Positions 36,618 to 48,699 of a DNA stretch of 61,505 nt are shown here, one piece after another. Each line of letters opens with the position of its first letter. Position 1 is the stretch's first letter. The DNA is from Octopus bimaculoides (taxonomy: Eukaryota). Below the pieces are notes generated by a model, which saw only the letters and a list, made by a program, of their open reading frames with translations, made no database searches and had not been told where the DNA came from. Location: assembly GCF_001194135.2 (NCBI RefSeq), contig NC_069002.1:18823371-18884875 (forward strand), written 5' to 3'. A program made the position numbers and the translations under genes.

Positions 36618-38319
36618 TTCCTTTTTTATTGAAACCCCTAAAATACGCAGTGGCCTCGAGACAAACTCTGCTCACCCCCTCCTCGACGTGTTCGCTTATA
36701 CTCGTATGCATAGCTAGAAATCTCTAGTGCTGAAGTGCCTATATATATAGTGATACCACACATTTTTACTGAAACATGCACGACTTAGGTCGGAGCTGTG
36801 TATTTTATACAACATGTCAAATTTCACAGCTGACTGGTTCTCAAGTATGAGCAAATAATATGAGATGCAGTGACGACTTGTATATGAGTAACACTAGAAA
36901 CATTCAACAAAAGCAAATTAACAGGAGAAGCAACTACAATAAAAACCACATATTTGAAAGGAAATTCTAGTATAAAATACATACGAAAACGAAACACCCG
37001 GATATACATGGGCGCGTACGTTTGTATGTGTCTGCAAGTATGGGTGTGTGTGTACGCATGTGTGTGAATGTGTGTGCGTATGAGAGAGAGAGAGAGAGAG
37101 GGAGAGACACAGAGAAAGTATCTGTGAGTGTACAACACCCTTTAGCACCTGCTAAGGCATGTGTAATCGAAAAAATTTACACCGACATAGAGAAGAAACG
37201 TTGGCAGAAACTGCGCCCTACAATTCTGCCATCAGAATTCACCCGCATTTGGGTACATCAAATTCAACATATATACACCAAAAAGATCTAATTCAGCTAA
37301 TATGCTACGTCCACTAAGAATTAAAACCACTGGGAATTGACAGTTGACATCTAGCTGCTGCTGATAATAAATTAATAACTGTCGGGCAACCTCCCAAACC
37401 CCTAATTTACTATGGCTATAAATTCGTTATGGTTACATAAAGGAACAAATCTCAGAAGATGTCAGTAAGATAGTGGTATATGCCCAGAAAGAGGTAAGGT
37501 AGGGGTGACATAGACTATTTTATTATTATCAGGTAAAAGGGCCCTTGAATAGAAAACAAAGGAGGTCATAATGAGATCTAAATGGGCATTAAGGATACAG
37601 GGGAAACTATATACCCGAAATTTAACAAAATTTATATATATCATTATATTTTGTATAATAATTAGTAAAATTTTAAAATTTAGGAAGGAATACAAGGACC
37701 AAGTAAGAGAAGAAGGTTAGTATAGTACCTTTATATAAAAGGTTAGTATAGTACCTTTATATAAAAATAGAAGCCTCATAATACTTCATCCTAGCAAACA
37801 GTTAAGGTGGTAATGATAAAACCATTCAATAATGAAGCCATGTTGAAAACCTATATGGCCTTATGCACCGAGGAGCGCGGCATATTACAAACTAATGTAA
37901 TGCTTGCATTGTTCGATTAAATGGAACCGCCCGAAACGGCCTTAATGCACCAATATCTTGACATCTTGTTACTTATTTGCTTGTTATTCACCTTTATTTT
38001 GAGCTGTGCAGATAATACTAGACTGACTTGGTGCATCAACTTAAGTATCTAATTCAACTGAATCTTGAGGGAGAGAGAGATGTACATCTTTTATCTTTTA
38101 CTTGTTTCAGTCAATTGACTACGGTCATGCTGGGATACCGCCTTAATTATAAATGCGCGCGCGCGTGTGTGTACGTGTTTGTGTATTTGTGTGTGAAGAA
38201 AAGTGTATTCCTACGCGGGAAAGAGTATAGAAGAGTTGGTTTGGCGGGTTGAAAATGTACATGAGTCTTAAAAGGTGCTGTAGTTTTTAAATTTTGTAAC
38301 GAAGTTATTAAAATAGTCC

Positions 38320-39040
38320 CTATGAAAGAAAATTAAAAGAACAAGTATAGACTTCCCATTACAAATCCTTCATGCTTGCAGTAAAACCAGTATCGGAGAG
38401 CAATTGTAATGTTGATGGATACTGCAAGCTGGCAGATGATATACAGTTTTTCTGGGAGGCACAGCTGGCAATTACGGGCACCGGGTGAATGTGGTGGCGC
38501 CCTGTCGATAATAGTCCACTTGATGCTGGGTGTTTCGTCTCAGAGGTAACGAAGTCTACAGAGAAAGCGTGATAGGGAAGTGTAGTTCCCTCTGTCCCTG
38601 GATCTAAATGAATGCAAGTGCTGGGAACACCTTCCCTTCAAGTCAATGGCTATCATACTCGTGTAGTGCCTAGTAATGCCATCGGATGGTGTAAGGTAGC
38701 CTTGTATACTACAGCTCTTGCGAGGCAAGATCTTCTTAGAGGGCAGGTGTTAGTGTTTCGAGAGTTACAAGTTGAGGATGGGGATTGTGTAGATGCCTTT
38801 TTACGTCTCTTGATGTTTGTGATGTTAGATGCGATGTTGTCTAAGCAGGAATAACTTATCTTGACATTAGGGCGGTTGAAAGGTAGGTAATACTTATGGC
38901 CTCAGGGGAAATGTTTTCTTTATGAAAGACAGGAAACCCCTTGTTACGTTGGTAGAATCTTCTAGGTAAAATGGGGAGGGGGGTTACCAGATTATTTTTT
39001 CCTAATTCTCTTGGGGTGAGGAGAGGGAGTTTGGGGTTCG
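38320..39040 (-). mobile_element. Penelope-like element, GIY-YIG endonuclease region
   Basis: YTSMIAIDLKGRCSQHLHSFRSRDRGNYTSLSRFL; SIKWTIIDRAPPHSPGARNCQLCLPEKLYII. Confidence 0.8.
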
Positions 39041-39180
39041 TCCACATATACATTTATGTATATACACATACATATATATGTGAGTGTATACATATATACA
39101 TATATATATATATACATATAAATGCATGTGTAAATGTACATATGCATATACATATGAACATATGTGTATGCGTGTATGCA

Positions 39181-39225
<45 letters not shown>

Positions 39226-41247
39226 NNNNNNNNNNNNNNNNNNNNNNNNNNNNNNNNNNNNNNNNNNNNNNNNNNNNNNNNNNNNNNNNNNNNNNNNNNN
39301 NNNNNNNNNNNNNNNNNNNNNNNNNNNNNNNNNNNNNNNNNNNNNNNNNNNNNNNNNNNNNNNNNNNNNNNNNNNNNNNNNNNNNNNNNNNNNNNNNNNN
39401 NNNNNNNNNNNNNNNNNNNNNNNNNNNNNNNNNNNNNNNNNNNNNNNNNNNNNNNNNNNNNNNNNNNNNNNNNNNNNNNNNNNNNNNNNNNNNNNNNNNN
39501 NNNNNNNNNNNNNNNNNNNNNNNNNNNNNNNNNNNNNNNNNNNNNNNNNNNNNNNNNNNNNNNNNNNNNNNNNNNNNNNNNNNNNNNNNNNNNNNNNNNN
39601 NNNNNNNNNNNNNNNNNNNNNNNNNNNNNNNNNNNNNNNNNNNNNNNNNNNNNNNNNNNNNNNNNNNNNNNNNNNNNNNNNNNNNNNNNNNNNNNNNNNN
39701 NNNNNNNNNNNNNNNNATATGTACACATACACATACACATACAAACATATACATATAATATAATACATGAGAGTCTTTATGCTCTAAGACATTCGAGTTT
39801 CTCCAATTACGTTTCCCATTATCTGTCTTTAGCACGTCTTTTAGATGAAATATCTGCTGCAGGAACCAAATTTGAAAATCTTTTACACAAAGCAAACGAC
39901 TTCCTGTCAGCCATTAGGTTTCACTGCAACACTATTTCCGGTTGAGCTGTCATCTATCCGCTTTCTTTTTCTTTTGGTCTGACGGACAGAAGACACGTCG
40001 GGTTGTTGTTGTCGCTGCTGTTGTTTAACTCCAAGACACTTTTCATCAATGACACGTACCATAAAAATAGATGCAGACGTAGCTAAAGAGTCCTACTATT
40101 GTTCATTGTATAATTGTTATCCTTCATCTTTTTTTTTGTTTAAGCTAAGTTAGATTTGTTACTCTTTCTAGTAAATCAAAAGACCACTTGCTGGTAACAC
40201 GAAACATTCCATATAACTTTAGTGGGGTTGAATAATGGACGATGTCCGGATGTTGTTGATGGTGATGGCTGTGACGCCCGGATGTTGATCATGGTGGTGA
40301 TGGTGGGGAGTAGTAGGTGATGTTTAGGGTGCGGAAGAATCGGAAGAAAAACCTTTGTTTTATTAATTAACTCTTAGTTAATCCTTATAAAACAAATCAA
40401 TGATTCAATGCAAACCCATGTTATCTAATGTTTCCTTCTTTTAAAACAAGAAAATGTGTTTTGAAGGCAATGTGGCTGCCATTTCTAGCTTGAGTGGCGT
40501 CCGCATAAGAAGGTCACTGGTTTGTATGTAGAGGTCAAAACTAATGACAAGGTTTGAAAAAGAATTTGATTGACGTGGGTTTTGCCGCTGTTTAACACTA
40601 GGCCAGACTTGGATGTGCTCCTAACGTGACCTTCTCTCCTTTTTATATATCAGGTATTACAATGTTCGCGACCACCATACACCACCACCACCACCATAAA
40701 ACAACTACCACCTCCATTTCGGTCACCACCACTACTTCCACAACCACCACCATCACTACCACCATCATCATATCACCTCGCACTACCATCATCAGCATCA
40801 CTATAACTGCCACCACCACCACCACCACCACCACCATCACTGACCGACTAAATCTAGCAAGATGAGATGCTAACAGATTGGAGACAGGAAGTTTAATTAG
40901 AATCATTGTGTCTCCAAAACTGCAACAGCTAATGATGTAATTGAGATGTGGTTGTAGTTGAGAGGGATACGAGAGTGGAGGCAGGAGGTGGATGGTGTTC
41001 ACGATCAATCGTTGTTGCTGTTGTTGTCGTCGTCGTCGCTGGCGTTGCTGCTGCTGCTGTTAAAGCTGCTGTTGCCCTCGTTGTTATTGCTGCTGCTGTT
41101 GTAGTGTTCTGTGACCTGCTTCTGGTGCACATAGATTCGGTTATTGCTGTTGGTGTTTAGCCCTGACCCTTTCCCCATTGAACAGGCTTACTATCAAAAG
41201 TATTCCAGTCATGACCGTTCCACCTTTCTTTTCTTTAGGTGCAAATC

Positions 41248-41330
41248 TAGACATGGATATTTGGTTTAACTGCTCGTTTTGCAACAACATAGTCCTGGGT
41301 TCATTTCCACTGCGCAAAATTTTGTGCAAG
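41248..41330 (+). mobile_element. Diverged SINE family B head
   Basis: acaacatagtcctgggttcatttccactgcgc..ttgtgcaag resembles aaccacatggttccgggttcagtcccactgcgtggcaccttgggcaag. Confidence 0.5.
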
Positions 41331-41779
41331 AATTTTCTACTGTAGCTTTGGGGACGTCAAATGCGTTGAAATTACTCGACGGGAACTCTATGAAAGCCAA
41401 TTTTGCCTTTTAACCTCTCAGAGTCGGCAAAGTACCAGTCATGAATTAGAGTCGATGTGATTATTATTCTCCTCACAGAAACTACTGACCGAGTATATAA
41501 ATCAGAAACTATTACAGTTGTTGTTGTCATTGTAACACGTACTCAAAGCTATCCGGAAGTTAGTTGTTTGTCTATATAGAGACTTTTACTGTTAATTATT
41601 CTATATTGTTATTAAGCTGACCGGAAGCGCACCGAATCAGTTGTTTCCTTTGCTACTACTACTACTGCCTCATTTCTACCAATGCTTCTGCTGCTGCTGC
41701 TGTAAACTTTAAAACCATCGCCACTAGGATCACCAAAGTGAAAGCAGTGATACAACTAAATACTTGTACTTCCTTACGG

Positions 41780-42720
41780 ACAATAATTTATCTGTGGGTG
41801 CTAATCAAAAATCGATGCGTAGAAATAGAAAGGTATATGAAATGGGTCCGGGCTGACATACACTTCCTCATTAGAGTCTGATAATCCCTGAAGGAAATCC
41901 CTATAATAAGGCACTCCGTTTTCACTTGTTGGAATGTAGAACGGATTCTCTTCACTGCTCATCAAGCGAAGAGAGTCAGTCAATATACGCGGTGTGCCTC
42001 CACAACCGGACAGCCGGTGGACTGTGGCCAGCCTCGTCCTGAACGGAGACAGCACTCTTTTGGACATAAAATCTTGTAGGTGGAAGAAATAATCCGGGAG
42101 ATGCTATCATAGGTGAAACCAGAAAGCATTTAAGAAGTCGAGAATCTAATTCAACTGGTGAATGGAGCACAACTACTCGTCACACAAGGTCACCACCGGA
42201 GAATCCCTTTCCCACAGTAGAATGTGAAAGTAGGAAAGCTCCTTCTCCTCGTGATGCCACAAGCAAAACAGCAGTAGTTGCAACAGAAAGCAGGAGGCGC
42301 TGCAGCAGTGACACAATTGCAAACATAAAAAAAATGCAACAGCAGATGTTACAAAAGAAGCACCAGTTGCAACACCGGCACCACAACATTTTCAGTATCA
42401 ACAGCATCAGCTGCAACAACATCAACGGTAACATCATAGCAATAACAGAAAGCAACACGAAACTTACTTCCAAGTGAATCTCCGAGGTTTTATTCTCCAG
42501 CAACACAGAAACGAACACATCTTACGCATCGTTCGTGTTGAATGTTTCGAACCCAGCGACCACTTCTTCCAGCGACGTAGGAGTGAGGGTGTGAGGTACA
42601 AAGCAAAAACAGAAAACAATCAACGCCAGAGAATTGGAAGAAACAACACCCTCCATATTAGTTTCAAGCAATCGCAGAACCACTCTACAACGATACAACA
42701 ACAAACCTGAAACAGCACCA
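41780..42720 (+). mobile_element. Probable degraded LINE ORF1 (gag-like)
   Basis: Multi-frame coding-like composition: VNIRGVPPQPDSRWTVASLVL.., a decayed knuckle position (CESRKAPSPRD) and a low-complexity Q/T/A tail. Based on pattern recognition only. Confidence 0.4.
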
Positions 42721-42775
42721 TTTTCACAATCATGATCATGATCATGATCATCATCATCAACATCATCATCATCAA

Positions 42776-42816
<41 letters not shown>

Positions 42817-43740
42817 ACATCATCATCATCAACATCATCATTAACAAAAACCACAGAGTAAAAACAAAACTAGAACAACGAAAGAAACAACACTGGCAAC
42901 TGCCACGCATACGTACAAAGTGTGTGTATTGGAATGTGAATGTGTGACCATGTGTGTGTATGTATGTGTGTGTGTGTGTGTGTATATGCGCTTGTGCGTG
43001 CATTTCTTATTGTGTCTCTCATACATGTATGCATATGTTAGAGTGTGCGTATATGTCTTGGGGCAAGCATGTGCATATGTCTGTGTTTGTTTCTGTCTGT
43101 GTGTCTCTAATCGTACATCAATTGAAGTTTCCGTTACAAAAATTTCTGCCGTCCTTGGCGCGAGGTCAAAGTTCAGCGCCACTCTTCTAATTTACAATAT
43201 TGCTGGTTCTTGGCGAAAGTGTTATGTAAGTAGGGGGTCAATAAAGTGTAAGGTCACGATGTACGGTTGGCTTGCATCGTTGTGGGTGTAGATGTAAAAT
43301 GCGGCATCTATGATTGTATAGATACATGAGAATATGTATATACATGTGTGTGTTTGTGATGTGTGTCTGTGTATCTATGCACCTACGTAAATATACGTAT
43401 ATATGTATCTATGTATCTATGTAGATATCTATAGATACATACAAATATTTGTATATATATATATATATATATATATATACNNNNNNNNNNNNNNNNNNNN
43501 NNNNNNNNNNNNNNNNNNNNNNNNNNNNNNNNNNNNNNNNNNNNNNNNNNNNNNNNNNNNNNNNNNNNNNNNNNNNNNNNNNNNNNNNNNNNNNNNNNNN
43601 NNNNNNNNNNNNNNNNNNNNNNNNNNNNNNNNNNNNNNNNNNNNNNNNNNNNNNNNNNNNNNNNNNNNNNNNNNNNNNNNNNNNNNNNNNNNNNNNNNNN
43701 NNNNNNNNNNNNNNNNNATATATATATATATATACGTATA

Positions 43741-43775
<35 letters not shown>

Positions 43776-43800
43776 ACATACATATGTGTGTATATCTATA

Positions 43801-44680
43801 CGAGGTCTGATCAATAAGTATCCGGAATGTTGGCATAGTAACGAAACTAAATCACGTAGAGAAAAGCTGCTGAGCAAAGATTGACACTGAACTCTGCTGT
43901 GTATGTGCAATAAGTTTTGATATTCTAACTCACTTCTGCTGTTTACAGCAGTGCTGAGAAGGGAGGTGTGTAGCGCGTGATTGTCGCATTGACTATGACA
44001 GAGAAAGTTGTCATGGCGATATCTGCAGAGCGGCCTACGCTAAGTTGCAGAAAGTGTATGGAGAGGGTGTATGAACCACACACAAGTCTACGAGTGTTTC
44101 AGACGTTTCAAGGATGGCCGAAAAAATGTCGATATTGACGAACGTTCTAGATGAGCCGCAACCAGCAGAACTGAGAAAAACATTGCAGATGTGTGTGGAA
44201 CTGTGAGGGTAAATTGTAAAAATCACTATCCGTAAATTATCAGAGCTTGTGCAGATTAGTTACGCTTCAGTTCAGTTTATTATCACTGAAGATTTCGCTA
44301 TAAGACGCGTGTCTGCCAAGTTTGTGCCAAAAGCGTTTTCAGTTGACCAGAAAGAGACTCGGGTTTCAGTTGCACAAGATCGTATGGATTGTATTGGAAA
44401 CGATGAAAACATTTGGCCCTCTGAGCAGCTATCACCAAGGTTTTGGCAAAATTTGATGCAGATTCTCTGCTCAATTTTATCTAACTTGATCAATGCAGCG
44501 ATTACACGCTACACACCTTCCTTCCAAGCACTGGTGTAAGCAGCGGAAGCGAGCTAGAACGTTAGAATATAGTACGCATGAACAGTAGAGTCCAAGGTCA
44601 ATCTTTTCCAAGCGTCTTTACTTTGTGTACTTTAGCTTCGTTACTATGGCAACAGTCCGGGTACTTTTTGATCAGTCCAC

Positions 44681-44681
<1 letters not shown>
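43801..44681 (+). mobile_element. Non-autonomous mariner (irritans-like) with TA TSD, built from two inverted 5' ends
   Basis: ~50-bp TIRs cgaggtctgatcaataagtatccgg / cgtggactgatcaaaaagtacccgg, each flanked by TA. Plus strand encodes the HTH region through RRVSAKFVPK; minus strand encodes MIKLDKIEQRICIKFCQNLGDSCSE. Confidence 0.9.
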
Positions 44682-44733
<52 letters not shown>

Positions 44734-44738
44734 AACAT

Positions 44739-45152
44739 AGGCAAAGGTGTGGCTGTGTAGTACGTAGCTTGCTTACGAACCACATGGTTCCGGGTTCAGT
44801 CCCACTGCGTGGCACCTTGGGCAAGTGTCATCTACTATGACCTCAGGTCGACCAAAGCCTTGTGAGTGGATTTCGTGGACGGAAGCTGAAAGAAGCCCGT
44901 CGTATACATGTATATATGTATATGTGTGTATATATGTTTGTGTGTCTGTGTTTTTCCTCTCAACATCGTTTGACAACCGATGCTGGTATGTTTACGGCTC
45001 TGTAACTTAGCGGTTTGGCAACAGTGGCCGACAGAATAAGTACTAGGCTTCCAAAGAATAAGTCCTGGGGTCGATTTGCTCGACTAAAGGCGGTGCTCCA
45101 GCATGGCCACACTCAAATGACTGAAACAAGTAAAAGAGTAAAAGAGTAAAGA
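44739..45152 (+). mobile_element. SINE family B, full length
   Basis: gtgtggctgtgtag...ccacatggttccgggttcagtccc...ggcggtgctccagcatggcc..aaatgactgaaacaag(taaaagag)2. Confidence 0.9.
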
Positions 45153-45245
45153 GAGACATATATACAAACATACATGTATAAATATATATATACATGCATC
45201 TACATGTATATATATATACATATGTATACATATACATATATGTGA

Positions 45246-45560
45246 AGGCGCATGGCTGGGTGGTTAGAGCGTCGAGCTTACGATCGTGAGGTTGTGAGTT
45301 CGATTCCTGGCGCGGGCTGCGGCTGTGTTCTTCAGCAAGACACTTTATTTCACTTGCTCCAGTTCACTCAGCTGTAGAACCAAGTTGCGACATCACTGTC
45401 GGCCCCTTTGCTTTTCCCTTGGATAGCATCATTGGTGTGGAAAGGGGAGGCTGTTATACAAGGGCGACTGCTGTCCTTCCACAAACAACCTTGCCTGGAC
45501 TTGTGCCTCGGAGGTTAATTTTCTAGGTTCAATCCCATGGTTATTCGTGACCGAAGGGGG

Positions 45561-45563
<3 letters not shown>
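45246..45563 (+). mobile_element. SINE family C (tRNA-derived), full length
   Basis: ggcgcatggctgggtggttagagc (A box) ... gagttcgattcc (B box) ... agcaagacactttatttcac..ccagttcactcagctg. Confidence 0.85.
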
Positions 45564-45600
<37 letters not shown>

Positions 45601-46623
45601 GAAAAATACCTAAGTNNNNNNNNNNNNNNNNNNNNNNNNNNNNNNNNNNNNNNNNNNNNNNNNNNNNNNNNNNNNNNNNNNNNNNNNNNNNNNNNNNNNN
45701 NNNNNNNNNNNNNNNNNNNNNNNNNNNNNNNNNNNNNNNNNNNNNNNNNNNNNNNNNNNNNNNNNNNNNNNNNNNNNNNNNNNNNNNNNNNNNNNNNNNN
45801 NNNNNNNNNNNNNNNNNNNNNNNNNNNNNNNNNNNNNNNNNNNNNNNNNNNNNNNNNNNNNNNNNNNNNNNNNNNNNNNNNNNNNNNNNNNNNNNNNNNN
45901 NNNNTATACATACATTTATATGCATACATATGTATGGGTGTGGAGTGAAAACAGAGCAAGAACGAGCAGGTGAGAAACAATAAACGAGTGTAAAGTCATT
46001 AAGGAAGAAAACTAAGGGTAATAAGGGGAGTGAGTGGGGATAGAAAGAGGGAGAGAGAGAGAGAGAGGTGGGGGTAGAAGCAGAGGGAAATGAGAAGGCA
46101 AAGCTGAGAGAAATAGATAGGAAACGCGAAAACAGTGTCTGTCCTCAGACAGACACATACGAAAATAAATCTCTGATAAGATGATAAGAGACAAGTTAAC
46201 CAATTCCAGTGACTTTTTACTATTGACTTTGTTGATTAAATTCACTGTTCTTTGTTTTCTTTTCCATTTCCCCTTGTTCTATGATTTGGCCAGCTAATGT
46301 CTGTGGCGGTATCAATCATTAAAAAAGTGTTTGATCGAATATAAATGTTTTTAGGTGTCGAAGAATAAAATATGTGTGAGAAGAAAATCTAATTAGGCTT
46401 AACAATAGAAAGTTTCTAACAGAGAACTTGTTGTCTTTGAACGAACAACAAGGAGTTGTTGGAAGACAAACAAAATGAAAAGTAAAATCCACATTGAGAT
46501 GGATTCAAGAACCAGATTCGATTCCCAATAGAAATCAATAACCCTGTTCATATAATAATTTCTTATATTGGCATCTGGCACCAGAGATGCAAAGAAGAGG
46601 ATTTATCATTATAAACCGATATA

Positions 46624-46800
46624 AAGGCTGTGAGCGGTCAGAATCGTTAGCATACCGGACAAAAGGCTTGGCTGTATTTCTTTTGGTTGACCGAGGTCAA
46701 CTTTCTCTTTCATCCTTTCGTGGTCGATAAAATAAGTACCAGTTGAGCACTGAAGTTGATGTAATTTTGCCTCTCCCCATGAAATTGCTGGCCTTACGGT
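46624..46800 (+). mobile_element. SINE family A, internally deleted
   Basis: cagaatcgttagcataccggacaaaaggctt...gaggtcaactttctctttcatcctttcgtggtcgataaaataagtaccagtt. Confidence 0.8.
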
Positions 46801-47817
46801 AAGATTTAAAACAATTATGATAAAACGATACATTCATATTAGTTTTCCCGTGTGCTTATTAGACTCACAATATTTCGGCTACTTTACCCTCTGGCCTCTG
46901 GCCGTCTATTCGGTAATATCCGTGGCCTCTAGAACCGAAGCATTTATAAAATCAACGGGTGTAGATTGATCTCGTTGCCTTCTCTATACGAAGTTCTCTA
47001 AACCAGGAATGGACCCTTTATTAACTCTGTTACTTGTGGACACCCCTAGATTATACTTCAAATAGTGTGCACATACAAACACACACACACACACACACAC
47101 ATTATAGGCGGCTTTCGATGCCAATGGAAATAAAAATAAAATGTAATTGTTGTTAAGTTGGTCACATTTTGATCCTTATATTTGTGTGATTCTTGGAGAT
47201 ATTTTTGACTCTTGTGTCTTACATTTCTATTAACCATGTTGACACTCGCTGAAAGTTATTTTAATCAGCACCTCTTAGCGTTTGTCATTTCACTAAAGTG
47301 AATGGAAGACATAATACGTCACACATTGTAGGTTTTCATTTCGTCAAGTCGGGTTCTATCGTGCCCGGAGAGAAAAAAAATCCTTGTAAAGAGATAAATG
47401 TAAATAGAATAATAAGGATCTATTGTTCGCTCCAATCATTGTTCGTAAAATATTGATAGAAAAGAGAAGTGGTAAACACAGAAATAGGAACTATAAAAGT
47501 GTATCTGTTGAGAATTTCATCTTGAATATACCCTAATTATGAAATGGGTTAAAATACAATGAAATATATCTACAACTTGACAATATTAACTGTTTTACCT
47601 GTCGGTTGAAGAGACGAAGAAGGTGAAAGAAAATAGTTTCAATTGGACAACTCCAGTTTGTATCATATGGTATCAATGATTTCTCTTTATATTTGATAAA
47701 ATACAATTGAAAAGGAAAATTGTAATAAAGCAATCGCATATTAGCATCAATCACAAATATTTTCTTTATGTTAAGGTGGCACGAGACGAAATATAATTCT
47801 TTTGTCACGACTGACAG

Positions 47818-47882
<65 letters not shown>

Positions 47883-47893
47883 AGGGGGGGACG

Positions 47894-48405
47894 GGCAGAT
47901 AAAGAGAAACTGAAGTCATACAAAATAAAAATAACAATTTTCATTACGTCTTCGAAATATCAAGAAGGAAAAAAAGAAAATGAAATCTCCTGTAGATTGA
48001 ACATTTACAAAATGTGAAAAATCAATGAAGGTACTTCAGTACGAAATATATTTATTTCTGCAATGATGAGGGATATAAGATTTACGTACGCTTTAAGTTT
48101 TCAAGTCTAGCAGCTATCGACAGCCAAATGAAACAATAGCGGATATGGTGTGAATTGTGAACTGCGGATATCTGTGATATTTAAACACAAGAATAGGTAA
48201 AATGATATTATGACTCTCGTATTTTTATCACTTCACTAAATATCATTGTTTCAGTGACATTTAGGTGTCATTGAAATGAAGTAACGAAAGACAGTCTTAA
48301 AGAATCTTATACGCACCATTCCACTGCCTGCATATACACAGAGGCGCCTATGTGTATCTGTGACTGCACATAAATGTATGGCTGGTAGAGTTCGTGCTTT
48401 AATGA

Positions 48406-48446
<41 letters not shown>

Positions 48447-48648
48447 TGTGTGTGTGTGTGCGTGNNNNNNNNNNNNNNNNNNNNNNNNNNNNNNNNNNNN
48501 NNNNNNNNNNNNNNNNNNNNNNNNNNNNNNNNNNNNNNNNNNNNNNNNNNNNNNNNNNNNNNNNNNNNNNNNNNNNNNNNNNNNNNNNNNNNNNNNNNNN
48601 NNNNNNNNNNNNNNNNNNNNNNNNNNNNNNNNNNNNNNNNNNNNNNNN

Positions 48649-48699
<51 letters not shown>

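Noticed and set aside
41882-41960. IIPEGNPYNKALRFHLLECR resembling an iGluR S2 segment
   Set aside because: It is flanked by stops with no splice sites, and the wider region fits a decayed LINE ORF1 better.
45246-45320. tRNA gene (also 51716-51790 and 22026-22110)
   Set aside because: The A/B boxes continue into shared SINE bodies, and no complete cloverleaf with an acceptor stem was found.
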